Source: Chiloscyllium plagiosum
Lineage: Eukaryota
Assembly: GCF_004010195.1 (NCBI RefSeq)
Contig: NC_057718.1
Location: forward strand, 72,345,018 to 72,409,017
Direction of reading: 5' to 3'
DNA length: 64,000 bases
Shown here: piece after piece, positions 52,321 through 64,000 of the stretch
How positions within the stretch are numbered: position 1 is the stretch's first letter
Layout: every line of letters begins with the position of its first letter
Translations under genes and position numbers: made by a program
The notes under the pieces: model-generated
The model's database searches: none
Told to the model about the DNA's origin: nothing
Seen by the model: the letters and a program-made list of their open reading frames with translations, nothing else

Positions 52321-53978
52321 TGTTAACTAAACCAAATACCCAGAAAAGATCGCCTTGCCTCGTAATCTGTTAAAATATGGGTAACAGAGAATTCCCAAAT
52401 TCTACTATTTGAAGAAAAATAACAATTTATTTTCATAACTCTAATAGTGAAAACTAAACAACAACTATTCACAAATCTAAGCCCCCATTTTTTTAGAGAC
52501 TACTTTCTATCTGACCCCAACTCTATAAAAAATACGCTGTTCCAATAACACACTTATTAAATATTAAAGTAACTTAATCTCAAGACCACACAGTCTCTGT
52601 CTTCCCTACTGCTGCTGATATCTCTGGGTTATCTTCTTTCTATTTTACTGCAAATAGGTTTCACATGAAAAGATATCTTTGGAGAGTGTTTTCAGATTTC
52701 TTTGAGAGCAAGATTTTAGATGGGCTGTTAACTCTCTGGCTCTTTAGCAGTTGCTTCCTGTTCGATGGCAGTTGCTCTCCCTCTAATTTTCAAAATACTG
52801 GGTTTATGTATCCCCCAAGACACATTATATGCTTATACCATTGGTTTCCTGGTATCAAAACAATAAAATTCAAAATCCATTGGCTTCTGGTATGCTGGAC
52901 ATAATTTAAACTAAGCAAATCAGAGCAGGACTTATACACTTAATGGTAAGATCCTGAAGAGTGTTACTGAGCAAAGAGACCTTGGAGTACAGGTTCATAG
53001 TTCCTTGAAAGCAGAGTCACAGGTAGATAGGATAGTGAAGAAGGGGTTTGGTATGCTTTCCTTTATTGGTCAGAGAGAGAAAGTGAGGGTTGCAGATGCT
53101 GGAGATCAGAGCTGAAAATGTGTTGCTGGAAAAGCACAGCAGGTCAGGCAACATTCAAGGAACAGGAGAATCGACGTTTTGGGCATAAGCCCTTCTTCAG
53201 GAATTGGACAGAGAGGTCATGTTGAATCTGTATAGGACATTGGTTAGGCCACTTTTGGAATACCATGTGCATATCTGGTCTCCTTATTGGAAGGATGTTG
53301 TGAAACCTGAAAGGATTCAGAAAAGATTTACAAGGATATTGGCAGGGTTGGAGGCTTTGAGCTATAGGGACAGGCTGAATAGGCTGGGGCTGTTTTCCCT
53401 GGAGCGTCAGAGGCTGAGGGGTGACCTTTTGGAGGTTTATGAAACTGTGAGGGGCATGGATAGGATAAACAGACAAGGTCTTTTCCCTTCGGTGGGGTAA
53501 CTCAGAACTAGAGGGCATAGGTTTAGGATGACAGGGGAAAGATATAAAAGGGACCTAAGGGGCAATATTTTCATGTAGACGTTGGTGTGTGTGTGGAATG
53601 AGTTGCCAGAGGAAATGGAGGATGCTGGTACAATTACAGCATTTAAAAGGCATCTGAATGGGTATATGAATAGGAAGGGTTTAGAGGGATACAGGTCAAG
53701 TGCTGGCAAATGGGACTAGATTAGGTTAGGATATTTCGTCGGCATGGACGAGTTGGACTGAAGGGTCAGTTTCCGTGCTGTACGCTCTATGACTCTATGC
53801 CTTATAACTTGGTTAAATTAGAATTGTTGTCAAAACAACAAACAAAACTCAAGTATCCATTTAATAGTTAATTCATTTGGAACAGCCCGACCTTTAGCTG
53901 GCAGTTATGGCTGTACTTTAAATTCAGGAAAGGACTTTCTATCTTAAAGTAAATATACATGCTTTTGACTTCATAACA
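52321..53978. mobile_element. Solo LTR interrupted by a young CR1 (52913-53798, +), itself carrying a family-A insert (about 53078-53202)
   Basis: GTAT|TGTTA...TCATAACA|GTAC; internal similarity to 45039-45714. Confidence 0.7.
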
Positions 53979-53979
53979 G

Positions 53980-55900
53980 TACACCGTAGGAAGAGGCCCT
54001 TCGGCCCACCATTATAATCTAATTCTGTCTGTGCATGTGGTCCCTCTATTCCCTTCCTATTCAAATGTCTGTCTAAATTGCTCTTAATCATATCTGCTTC
54101 TACCACCTCGTTTGACAGTGTTTCAGGCTGAGAGATATAAAAACTTGCCTGGCATATCTCCTATTTAAACTTTTCTCCTCGCACCTTAAACCTCTGCCCC
54201 CTAGAATCGACTCATAATGTTAACTTTGATTTCTGTCCATAGATGCTGGCAGACCTGCTGAGCTTTTCCAGCAATTTCTGTTTATGTTTCTGATTTACAA
54301 CATCTGCACTTCTTTCAGTTTTTATTTGTTACTTCCACCCTGGAAGAAAGAGTATGACTATCGACCCTATCCGTGCCCCTCATAATTTAATGTACCTTTA
54401 TCTGGTTGCACCACAGCCTCCAACATTCCAGCGAAATGATCCAAGTTTGTCTAACACTTCTCCTCATATCTAATATATTCCAATCCAGACAACATCCTGG
54501 TAAACCTCCTCTACACCATCTCCAAAACCTACATATTCTTTCTATAGTGTGGCAACCAGAACTGCTCACATTGGAGTAGATTAGGATACTGCTTAAGTGA
54601 ATCGTATGCTGCCTGACATTGATAACACGAATTGCTAATTGTTATACTTAGTGCCATGGCTGATGAGAGCAAGCAAGATGTATGTCTTCCTTGTCACTTT
54701 TATCCATTGTGTTGCCATTTTCAGGAAGCTATGGATTTGGATCCCAAGATCCCTCTGTATATTAATCCTTTTAAGGGTCCTGCCATTTACAGTATATTTC
54801 TTACGTTTAATCTCCCAACATGCATCACCTCACACCTGTCTGATGATACTCAATCTGCCTTTTCTCCACCTAACTTTCCACTGGCTCTACATCTTGCTGT
54901 ATTCGTTGACAAGCTTCCTCACTATCCACAATATCACCAATTTTTGCATCAGTTTAGTTTCCTAAATCTTACATATGCTTCCTTTTTCTTTTGAACTAAA
55001 CTTTCAAAATCTCTTGTCATCCAAAGTTTCCAAATATTGACATCCTGATATTTCATCCTCACAGGAGCGTGCTGGTCCTGAACTCTGATCAACTGGCCTT
55101 TTAAATAAAAATCATGTAGTCGGATGGAGATTTACCCTCAGTCACCCCAAACTAATTTCTCCAGTTTCTGCCTACTACTGTTGTAATTAGCTTCCTCTAA
55201 TTTAGCGCTTCCACCTAAGAATTCGTCTTGTCCTTATCTATATATATCTTAAAACTTACGCAGTTATGATCACTGTTCCTATGATGTTCCCCCACCTTTG
55301 AAAATTCGATCATATGGCCAGGCTCATTCCCAGTCCAAGGGAATAGCCTCCTGGATTCACCTAACAAATTCTGCCTTATCAAAACCTCTGCAGTAAGGGG
55401 GTCCAGGGATGATGTGCTGGCTCACTGGCTAGCGTCTGCCTCACAGTGCCAGGGACCCAGGTTTGATTCCTCCCTCGGATGTAGAGTTTATACATTCTCC
55501 CTGAGTCTGTTTGGTTTCCTGTAGGTGTTCCAGCTTCCTTCCATAGTCCAAAGATGTGCAGGTTGGGTGGATTGGTTGTGGCTAGGGTGGATTGGTTGTG
55601 GCTAGGATGGATTAGCTGTTGGAAATGTAGGGCTAAGATGGGTCAGAGTGGGATGCTCTTTGGAGGGTTGGTGTGGACCCGATAAGTCGAATGGCCTGCT
55701 TCCACACTGTAGAGATTTTATGAATATTAGGGAATTTAAAATCACCCATAATAGCGATGTTGTCGTATTTACATCTTTCCATGATTTTCCTACATATCTG
55801 TTCCTTTATCTTCCGCTGGTTATTGGGAGCCTGCACTATAACCCCATCATAGTGATTGCACCTTTCTTATTCTTAAGTTCTAACTATGTACCATGGACTT
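53980..55900 (-). mobile_element. Decayed CR1 fragments with SINE inserts
   Basis: CR1 tail at about 53990; RT and APE remnants such as AIMGDFKFP. Confidence 0.65.
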
Positions 55901-56329
55901 GTACATTAAAGGGAAAGGCTTAGAGGGATATGAGCCAAATTCAGGCAAGTGGGACTTGTTCAGTTTAGGATACTTGGTTGGCATGGACATGTTGGACTGA
56001 CGGTCTGTTTTCTTTATGTACAACTATGACATTCTCCTGAATCGGTATTGCAACTCTCCTGTCCCTTTCTATCATGCCTGAAGCATCTAAACCTTGACAC
56101 TTTTAACTGAATCCTGCTTTTCACTCAGGAGAAAGTGAGGACTGCAGATACTGGAGATCAGAGTCAAGTGTGTGGTGCTGGAAATCCTGATGAGGGGTTA
56201 TGCCTGAAAAATCGATTCTCCTGCTCCTCAGATGTTGCCTGACCTGCTTTGCTTTGCCAGCACCACACTGCTCTTCTCTCAGCCAAGGTTTTGTAATGGC
56301 TATCACATTGTTGTCCCACGTACTAAGCT

Positions 56330-57420
56330 TATCTGGCAATTTTTGAGATGATTTGTAGTTCAGGTTGATGATAAGTATATAAGTTAGTTCGCTGAACTGA
56401 AAGGTAACATCATCAGTGAGAGTCTCCGGTGAAGCGCTGGTGGTATGTCCTGCCTCTCTATTTGTCAGTCTTGCTTTCTTAAGGTGGGTGATGTCATTTC
56501 CATTTTTTTTTCTCAAGGGAAGGTAGATAGGGTCTAAATTGATGTGTTTATTGATGTAGTTCTCATTAGAATGCTATGCCTCTAAGAATTCTCATGCGTG
56601 GATGTGTGGTATCCTTCTTTGTCTGTTACGTATGGAAGCTATTGATAGTGGATCGTGTCTTTTGGTGGCTAGTTGGTGTTCGTGTCTCCTGATGGCAAGT
56701 TTCCTGCTTGTTTGTCGGATGTAATTTTTTTAAATAGTTCTTGCATGGTATCTTGCAAATGGCGTTAGATTTGCTGATAGTATCTAATGGATCCTTTAGT
56801 TTCATTAGTCGCTGTCTAAATGTGTTGGTAGGTTTGTGGGTTGCCATAATGCCAAGGGGTCTGAGTAGTTTGGAAGTCATTTTTGATATGTCTTTGCTGT
56901 AAGGCAATGTGGCTTTAGTTTTTGGTTGCGTTGTGTCTGCTTGTTTGGGTTTGTGTCTGAGGAATTGACAGATTGTGTTTATTGGATATCTATTTTTCTT
57001 GAAAACGCTATAGTTATTTTTCGTAGTTTGTGGGTGCTGCAGTATGATGTAGCTCGTTGAAATAATGTCTTGATGCAGCTCCATTTGTGGGTGTTGGAAT
57101 GATTGCTTCTGAAGTTAAGGGTTTGGTCTGTTTTTGTTGTTTTTCTGTAGATGCTGGTTTGAAGCTCTCCATTAACTGTCCGTTCAACTGTCACATCTAG
57201 GAATGGGAGTCTGTTGTCGTTCTCCTCCTCTTTTGTGAATTTTATGCCTGTCAGGATATTAGTGTTGTACGTTTCCTCTAATTTGTTCTGTTTTGTGATG
57301 ACAAAGGTGTCATCCATGTAGCGGACCCAAAGTTTCAGTTGGATAGATGGGAAGGCAGCTTGTTCAAGTCTCTGCATTACTGCATCCGCTATGAGACCTG
57401 ATATTGATGATCCCATGGGT
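56330..57420 (-). mobile_element. Penelope-like element fragment (RT and GIY-YIG)
   Basis: MGSSISG, WVRYMDDTF, LPFLDV, IYRKTT and ICKIPC motifs. Confidence 0.9.
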
Positions 57421-57601
57421 GTTCTGCCTTATCTTTTATATTCCTTACTTCCAGCGTGGCACTAGCAAATCTCCCTGCAAGGATATTGGCGCACTTCCAG
57501 TTTTTGTGCAACCTGTCCTTGTACAGATCCCTCTTGCCCTGGAAGAGTTACCAACGATCCAGATATCCTCCATCAATTCATCAGCCATGCATTCAACTAT
57601 A

Positions 57602-58245
57602 TTTTGGATGTATGTTTGCTCGCTGAGTTTGGAGGTTCATTTCCAGACATTTCGTTACCTTACTAGGTAACATCTTCAGTGGGCCTCATGCGAAGCAATG
57701 CTGAAAATTCCTGTATACAGACAATGAGCAAAACTAACGTCATTTACAAAATACCGTGCAAGAACTGAAACAAAAACTACATTGGATAGTTAGGCAGAAA
57801 ACTAGCCACCAGGACTAGCCACAAAAAGACATGACCCTCTCTCACTAGTATCCTCACATATGGATGAGGAAGGACACCACTTCGACTGGGACAACACATC
57901 CATCCTAGGACAAGCCAAACAAAGACATGCATGAGAATTCCTAGAAGCATGGTATTCCAACTCTATCAACAAACACATCGAGTTAGACCCCATCTACCAT
58001 CCCCTGAGAAAAGGAACAGGAAGTGACTTCACCACAGGAAATAACATCACCACAGGAAATGACATCACCAACCCAAAGAAACCCAAACATATAAATAGAA
58101 AGCAGGAATTTTCAGCATTGCTTCGCCTGAGGCCCACTAAAGATGTTATCTAGTAAGGTAACGAAACGTCTGGTAATGAACCTCCAAGCTCAGCAAGCAA
58201 ACCTACATCCAAAACCTCAACCTGAACTACAAATCTTCTCAAAGC
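57602..58245 (+). mobile_element. Penelope 3' fragment with an inverted terminal repeat copy, family C
   Basis: VIYKIPC..YIG and FDWDNTSILGQ motifs; 112-bp inverted repeat at 57602-57713 and 58103-58214. Confidence 0.85.
57643..57682 (-). ncRNA. Minimal hammerhead ribozyme, family C
   Basis: CCA-CTGAAGA-T-GTTACC tagtaa GGTAAC-GAAA-TGTC-TGG; the plus-strand partner at about 58134-58173 has a mutated core (CTAAAGA). Confidence 0.65.
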
Positions 58246-58249
58246 TCGC

Positions 58250-58960
58250 TTCAACTTATTATATTCCAATTCCGGTCCACTGGCAAGTGGCACGGGAGTA
58301 ATCCTGAGATTAGCCTTCGAGGTCCTGCTTTTCAGTTTTCTACCTAATTCCTTAAACTCCCATTGCGGGACTCCACTCTCTATGTCATTAATACCTATAC
58401 AGACCATGACCCCTGGCTGTTGACTCTCTTTTAGAATATCCTATGCCCGCTTGATGACATCCTTGACCATGGCATTAGGAAGGGAACACACTATGCTCGA
58501 TCTCAGTCGTGGCCACAGAAACATCTATCTGCTCCTGACTATGGAGTCCTCTACTTCCATACAACTACTTTGACCCACTGAGCTGTGCACCAGAGCCAAT
58601 TGTGGCATCACTGACCTGGTGCTGCTTTCCCCTGACAGGCCATTTCCCCCCACCCACCCACCTGCCCCCAAACAATGTCCAAAATGATATACTTGCTTGA
58701 GAGGGAATGGACTGTCTGCTCACACTTACTCGTCTTCCTGGTGGTTATCCAATGCTTTTCTGTCTGTGTAGCCCTTACGTATAGTGTGACTGACTTGCTC
58801 AACATGCTTTTCACAGCATGCATGCTCCATCATAAATTCATCTGTAGCTGCAGCCTTTCCATGTGGCAAATCAGGAGCTGCAGGTGAATTTGTTCCTGCA
58901 TACATGGTCATCATCGACACTGCATGAGGAGCATTCCACAGGGCCGAGATCTCCTACCGT
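58250..58960 (-). mobile_element. CR1 ORF1 remnant (Cys-rich N-terminus and SGNH esterase-like domain)
   Basis: VCIGINDI and EFKELGRKLKSRTSK motifs. Confidence 0.65.
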
Positions 58961-60024
58961 TGTGAACGCTGACAACTGCAAGCAATAAACTAGAAATCCA
59001 ACCTTCCCCACTATTCGCCAAAATCAGATTTTTCATTCTTGCTCTCTATTCTGAACAAACTACAAACCACAAAAATAAGTACTTTATGCTCTATCTTCCT
59101 CTAGATAATTCACTCAATCTCTAAACCTGATTTCTAAGTAGCTAATTGAATGTCACAGTGACATCACCTCTGGAGCTCTGCTTTTGTATTCATTTCTGCT
59201 GCTGCTCTGACTGAACTCGATCTAGGCCCTGGCCTCAGGCTTTTATCTATAAGCTCCTGCTGCTGTTTATTCCCAGGTTTGCTCTGTTCTCCTCCTGCTG
59301 CCACTCTGACTGACCTTCATCCAGGTCCAGCTCTTCAGACATTTATCAGGAAGCTCCTGCCTCTGTTTGCCCTCAAGTTCACTCTGCTCTGCTCTCATTG
59401 ACATCTCTATCCTGTCAAATTCTGAAGAATCTTGTATGTTTCAGTAATGTCTGCTCTCATTCTTCTAACTCCGAGCAGTACAAACCCAACCCACTCAAGC
59501 TCTCCTCATAAGAAAATCCCTCCATAAACAGAACCAACCTAAAGAACCTTCTCTGGATTGCCTCAAATGCTAGTATATCGTTCCTTAGATATACAATAAA
59601 AGAATAAAGACATGGAAGGAAACTTGAAACACAGTTGCTCACCAATTAATTCTATCTCTGGTTGTGAAATTGCTCTATATGTTAGTTATTTCACTGGGTA
59701 CTCTTGCCATGAGTTGATCTTGGTTATTGCGTTCAGACTCAATCCAGGTTTGCGGTTGCCACAAGTGAGTCTTTGAGGTACCTCTGACCTCTGCTTTAAC
59801 TCCTGTGTTATGCTCAGTGCACCCAGCTCTGCTTCTGCCACTTGTGATTCTGATTAATATGAACAGTATTGACAAACTTAATCTAGTCATGTCATTCTTT
59901 AATAACATGAATAGAGTTCTGATAAAGTTATTGCACATTCCTGGAATGGGCTTTGGAGATGATCAGATTGTGCAACCTCACAATCTTTCCTTATTACTAA
60001 AACGTGATTTTCTTTTTAATAGAT

Positions 60025-60222
60025 ATGGCTTGTTTTCATAACGTTTCTGGACAACATCCTAAACCTGTTGGACTGGTCCTTCATTATGGAACAGCAGGAT
60101 TTCGTGCAAGGGCTGAACAGCTGGATCATGTGATGTATCGCATGGGTTTGCTGGCAGTGTTGAGGTCCAAGAAAACCAAATCAACTATTGGTGTGATGGT
60201 CACAGCATCCCATAATCCAGAA
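60025..60222 (+). CDS. PGM3: Phosphoacetylglucosamine mutase (phosphoglucomutase 3), first coding exon; the exon starts at 60023
   Basis: [66 protein letters not shown], with YGTAGFR and the catalytic-Ser motif TASHNP; acceptor tttctttttaatag; donor gaa|gtaag (phase 0). Confidence 0.95.
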
Positions 60223-60644
60223 GTAAGATTCAAAAGGAAATTAATTTATGAATGGACTGAGATGAAGGACAGAAAAATACTGATGTTACACTATGCCTTT
60301 TCTAATGTTTCTGACGTTCTAACATGTTTGATGGTTCCACAACAAATACTTGAACACAACTTTGAAGCAAGAATTGACCAGTTGGCCCTTTTGAACCTGT
60401 GCTTCCATTTAATAAGATCATGATTGTGGTTTCAACTCCACTCTCCTGTCTTTTGTCTCGCCCCTATTATCCTTGTTACCCTTGTTGATCAAATTTCTAT
60501 TTAACTCATCTTGAATAAATTTAATGACTTGGCCTTGTCTGCTCTCTAGGGAACATAATTGTAAATACTAACAACACTGGGAAAAAAAAGTCTTCTTACT
60601 ATTAAATTCCGCTTCTTGTTCTAGACTACGTCCAGAAGAAGATG

Positions 60645-61160
60645 TAGCCAAGGTTGGATGGTTTGAGCTATTGGGGGAGTTTAAATAGGCTGGAGCTATT
60701 TTCCTTCGCATGTCGAAGGCTGAGGGGTGACCTTTCAGAAGTTTATAAAATCATGAGGGGCATGGGTAGGATAAATAGCCAATATCTTTCCCCCAGGAAG
60801 GGTGAATTATCTGGAGGGAGATAGAGCATAAAGTACTTATTTTTGTGGTTTGTAGTTTGTTCAGAATAGAGAGCAAAACTTGAGGACATACGTTTAAAGT
60901 GAGAGAAGAAAGATTTAGAAGGAACTTAAGGGGTAGCTTTTTCACACAGAGAGTGGTGCAAGTATGGAATGAGATGCTATGGGAAGTGGTGGAGGCTTGT
61001 ACAGTTGAGGATATTTAAAAGACATCTGGATGGGTATATGAATAGGAAGAGTTTAGAGGGATATGGGCCAATTGCCAGCAAATGGGATTAGATTAATTTA
61101 AGATATCTGATTGGCATGGATAGGTTCAACCGACCGTTCTGTTTCCATGCTGTATGATTA
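60645..61160 (+). mobile_element. CR1 3' fragment in a PGM3 intron with a 77-bp foreign insert
   Basis: RLRGDLSEVYKIMRG motif and tail; insert at 60800-60876. Confidence 0.85.
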
Positions 61161-63130
61161 TCTTTCCTATACCCAGGAGACCAGAATTGGCTTTTTCCAA
61201 CATCATCTGTTCCATTTCAGAAATTCACAATATACCTCTTCCTGGCCCAGGGTAACCATGTATGCTGTCTACTGTACATGGCCTCTGGTCATGATCAGCA
61301 GTCTCTTTAAGATTATTTATTTCTCACTGAGACAAATCTTCCTGAAAATGATTAAATAACTCCTTAAAAGTTTGCCATTGTACATTTGCTGTCTGACCTA
61401 TCAAACCTGTTCACTTCAACAATCTCTCTTCATACTTTGGTAGTTATGTTTATTTAGATTTAAAATTAAAAGGTCAGTATTAGACCCTTATAACTCAGTG
61501 TGAAATTCGACCAGGAATGATCGCTGTAGCCTAGAAGCACCTTTATTTTGAGGTTAATGATTAATGTACTTTCGTTAGACATTACACACCTCATTTTGTT
61601 TTCCTCTATTGTTTGCCCTACAGTGTAGCTCCTGTTAGGCAGAGTATAGAGTAGTCCCACAAATGATGCCTTATCTTCCTTTTCTTATCTCTACTCAAAC
61701 TGATTTTACATTTTATTTTGAGCTAAGTTCATCTTTCACTATTGTATGGAAGGATATTCTTAACTTGCAGAGCAATGTCACCATTGTTTTCCTAGTTTCA
61801 TGTCTTTCCATGATATCAAAATGTCTTCAATATTGAAGTTCTAGCTTTGGTCATCTTGCTGCAGCCAGGTGTCTGTATGCATTTCTATTTGAGCTGTCAG
61901 TCCATCCATTTTGTTATGAATGCTGCACACATTCAGATATAGAGCCTTTAATTCTGACTTTTTAACATTCGTGTAATCTCTGGCTATTTCTACTCGTGGA
62001 TTCTTAAATCAGCAAGCATGCTTTGTCCCTTCCAACTGTTATTCAAATTGCTACTGCGCTGTATTACCTTCTTGTTTCCCTTCGATTTAACAGATTTTCT
62101 GTCACATGATTATTTCCCCCAACTGTTTAGTTTAAAGCCCTCTCTGCTCTGCTCGTTATATGAAAATTCCTGGTGAAGGGTTTATGCCCGAAGAACTGAC
62201 TCTCCTGTTCTTTGGATACTTCCTGACTTGCTGTGCTTTTTTAGTGCCATGCTTTTCGACTCTGACTCTTCAATATCTGCAGTCCACACTTTTTCCTTAT
62301 TATATGACTTGCCAGAATTCTAGTCTGAGTACAATTCAGGTGAAATCTGTCCCAACAGTACTGTTCTCAGCTACTTTCACTGGTCCCCATGAGTCAACGC
62401 ATTCAACCTTCTCAGTCTTTGAGCCAAGCGTTCATCTCGCTAATCTTATTTTATCTAAATTAGTTTGCTACTGACTCAGGTAATAATCTAAAAAATATTG
62501 CCTTAAAGTTCTGTGCTTTAATGTAGTCTCTTGCAGCTGATATTTCCTTGACAGAATCCCTTTCCTAGTCCAATCTATGTTGGCTGCAACAGCTAGATTC
62601 TCTGTCCTTGTACTTCAAATTCTTCTCCAGCCTTGAGCAGATATTGTGAATCTTCGAACCCAGCAGGCAGCACAGCCTTCTGAACTCTTGTTCATAACTG
62701 CAGAGAACTGTGTCTAACTCTCAACCATAATCTAGTCTCATACTTGAATTTTTTTTTATCAGGGTGCCATGATTAGATCATTCATCCAACTTCCAGCCTT
62801 CACGCTCATCCATACAGGCTGCAAGAACTTATAGTTTTTGGACAATTCTAAGGACTTTAGCTTCTCCACTCTATCTTCTCGATCTACTTAATGCCTTAGT
62901 TGTGGTCATATCCGCCTGTACCTACCATTTCCCTAGTCCGATAAATTTATCCTGAGCAATATGATAGCCTTCTAGAGGAATTTATTTAATGCCTCCATGA
63001 TGTTGTGCCTCTAAGCTGTGTCTGTAGCTTGGCCTCTAGCTTATTGACATTGAGCCATAGCCCCTCAAACCACGGATATATATTGCGGAAATGGTTGTGT
63101 TGGATCATGATAGCATTCATCAATTCTTAT
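61160..63130 (-). mobile_element. Highly decayed CR1 5' half with a family-A insert (about 62165-62297)
   Basis: LGYSDH APE motif at about 61530; patchy similarity to 49400-50870. Confidence 0.5.
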
Positions 63131-63934
63131 GTGACATGTGACCTGCTCTGCATTTTTATTATGTGTTAATGAATTTATTTTTCTTAATCTATAATTAATA
63201 CGTTTTAGTAATTTAAATAAATTTTACTACAGTTATTAAATCTTGCTGTTAATAAAGCCTAACATTTACTCATAAATTAACTATGTTTCAAAAGATAAAG
63301 GAGAAAATACCCACTAACCAGTTGCCTGATTCCATGTGACATCACAGTTTGATGATCCCCAAGTCCGCTGTGAATCTAGCTGCTTTATGATCGCCTCTTG
63401 CTCTCTGTCCTTGCGTTGCTTTATGGTCTCTTGTAGCCCTATCACATATTATGTTTTGTTATGGTCTTTTCCTGCTCTCACCCTCTTTCCTCATGTTGCC
63501 ATGTAATCTCTCAATGCTCTCTGTTTACTGTTGCTGTTTTATGATTTTTCATGGCTCGTTTCTCCTCTTTCTGCTTTATGGATTCTTGCTGCTGTCTTTG
63601 TAGATGCAGTCTGACCTGAGGACTTCCAGCATTTTCTGTATTGGTATCTATAAATCCTCTCTTGTATTGTCGTGCTTTAACTTCGACACATGGGCACGAT
63701 GGTTAGCACTGCTGCCTCACAGGGCCAGAGACCTGGGTTCAATTCCCACCTCAGGCAACTGTCTGTGTGGAGTTTGCACATTCTCCCCATGTCTGCGTGG
63801 GTTTCCTCCGGGTGCTCCAGTTTCCTCCCACGATCCAAAGATGTGCAGGTTGGGTGAATTGGCCATGCTGAATTGTCTTGAATTGTAGGGGAATGGGTCT
63901 GGGTGGTTTGCTGTTTGGAGGGTTGGTGTGGGCT

Positions 63935-64000
63935 CACCAGAACGAAGGACCCGATACCCAGCATGACCAAAACCAATGTAGTGTACAAAATCCCATGCAA
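63935..64000 (+). mobile_element. Penelope GIY-YIG fragment running off the window
   Basis: KTNVVYKIPC. Confidence 0.6.

Noticed and set aside
59643..59850. Minus-strand exon-like segment with a gtgagc donor
   Set aside because: All three frames stop before the donor
60223..60423. C-terminal part of ORF 60004-60423
   Set aside because: Intron read-through past the gtaag donor; PGM3 similarity ends at NPE

Overview
Vertebrate, not prokaryotic, DNA, almost certainly from a shark or ray: it carries HE1-type SINEs and HER1/CR1 LINEs. The window is mostly decayed and nested transposons: many CR1 LINEs, one near-full-length L1-clade LINE, Penelope-like elements, a Gmr1-type and a Gypsy LTR retrotransposon, solo LTRs, Harbinger remnants and SINEs. 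It has three N gaps. The one confidently recognised host gene is the first coding exon of PGM3 (60023-60222, +). Several strong minus-strand splice-site pairs suggest an unidentified divergent multi-exon gene. The most interesting observations are: (1) many short, often fold-back, Penelope-derived insertions with 9-16 bp TSDs that carry minimal hammerhead-ribozyme cores, in three families each traceable to a Penelope 3' end in this window; (2) the 3' end of an endogenous retrovirus, with an Env-like tail, PPT and complete LTR, next to a gap; (3) a 77-bp inverted duplication bracketing the PGM3 start-codon exon. All calls come from reading the sequence by eye; element boundaries are approximate unless a TSD or splice site is quoted.
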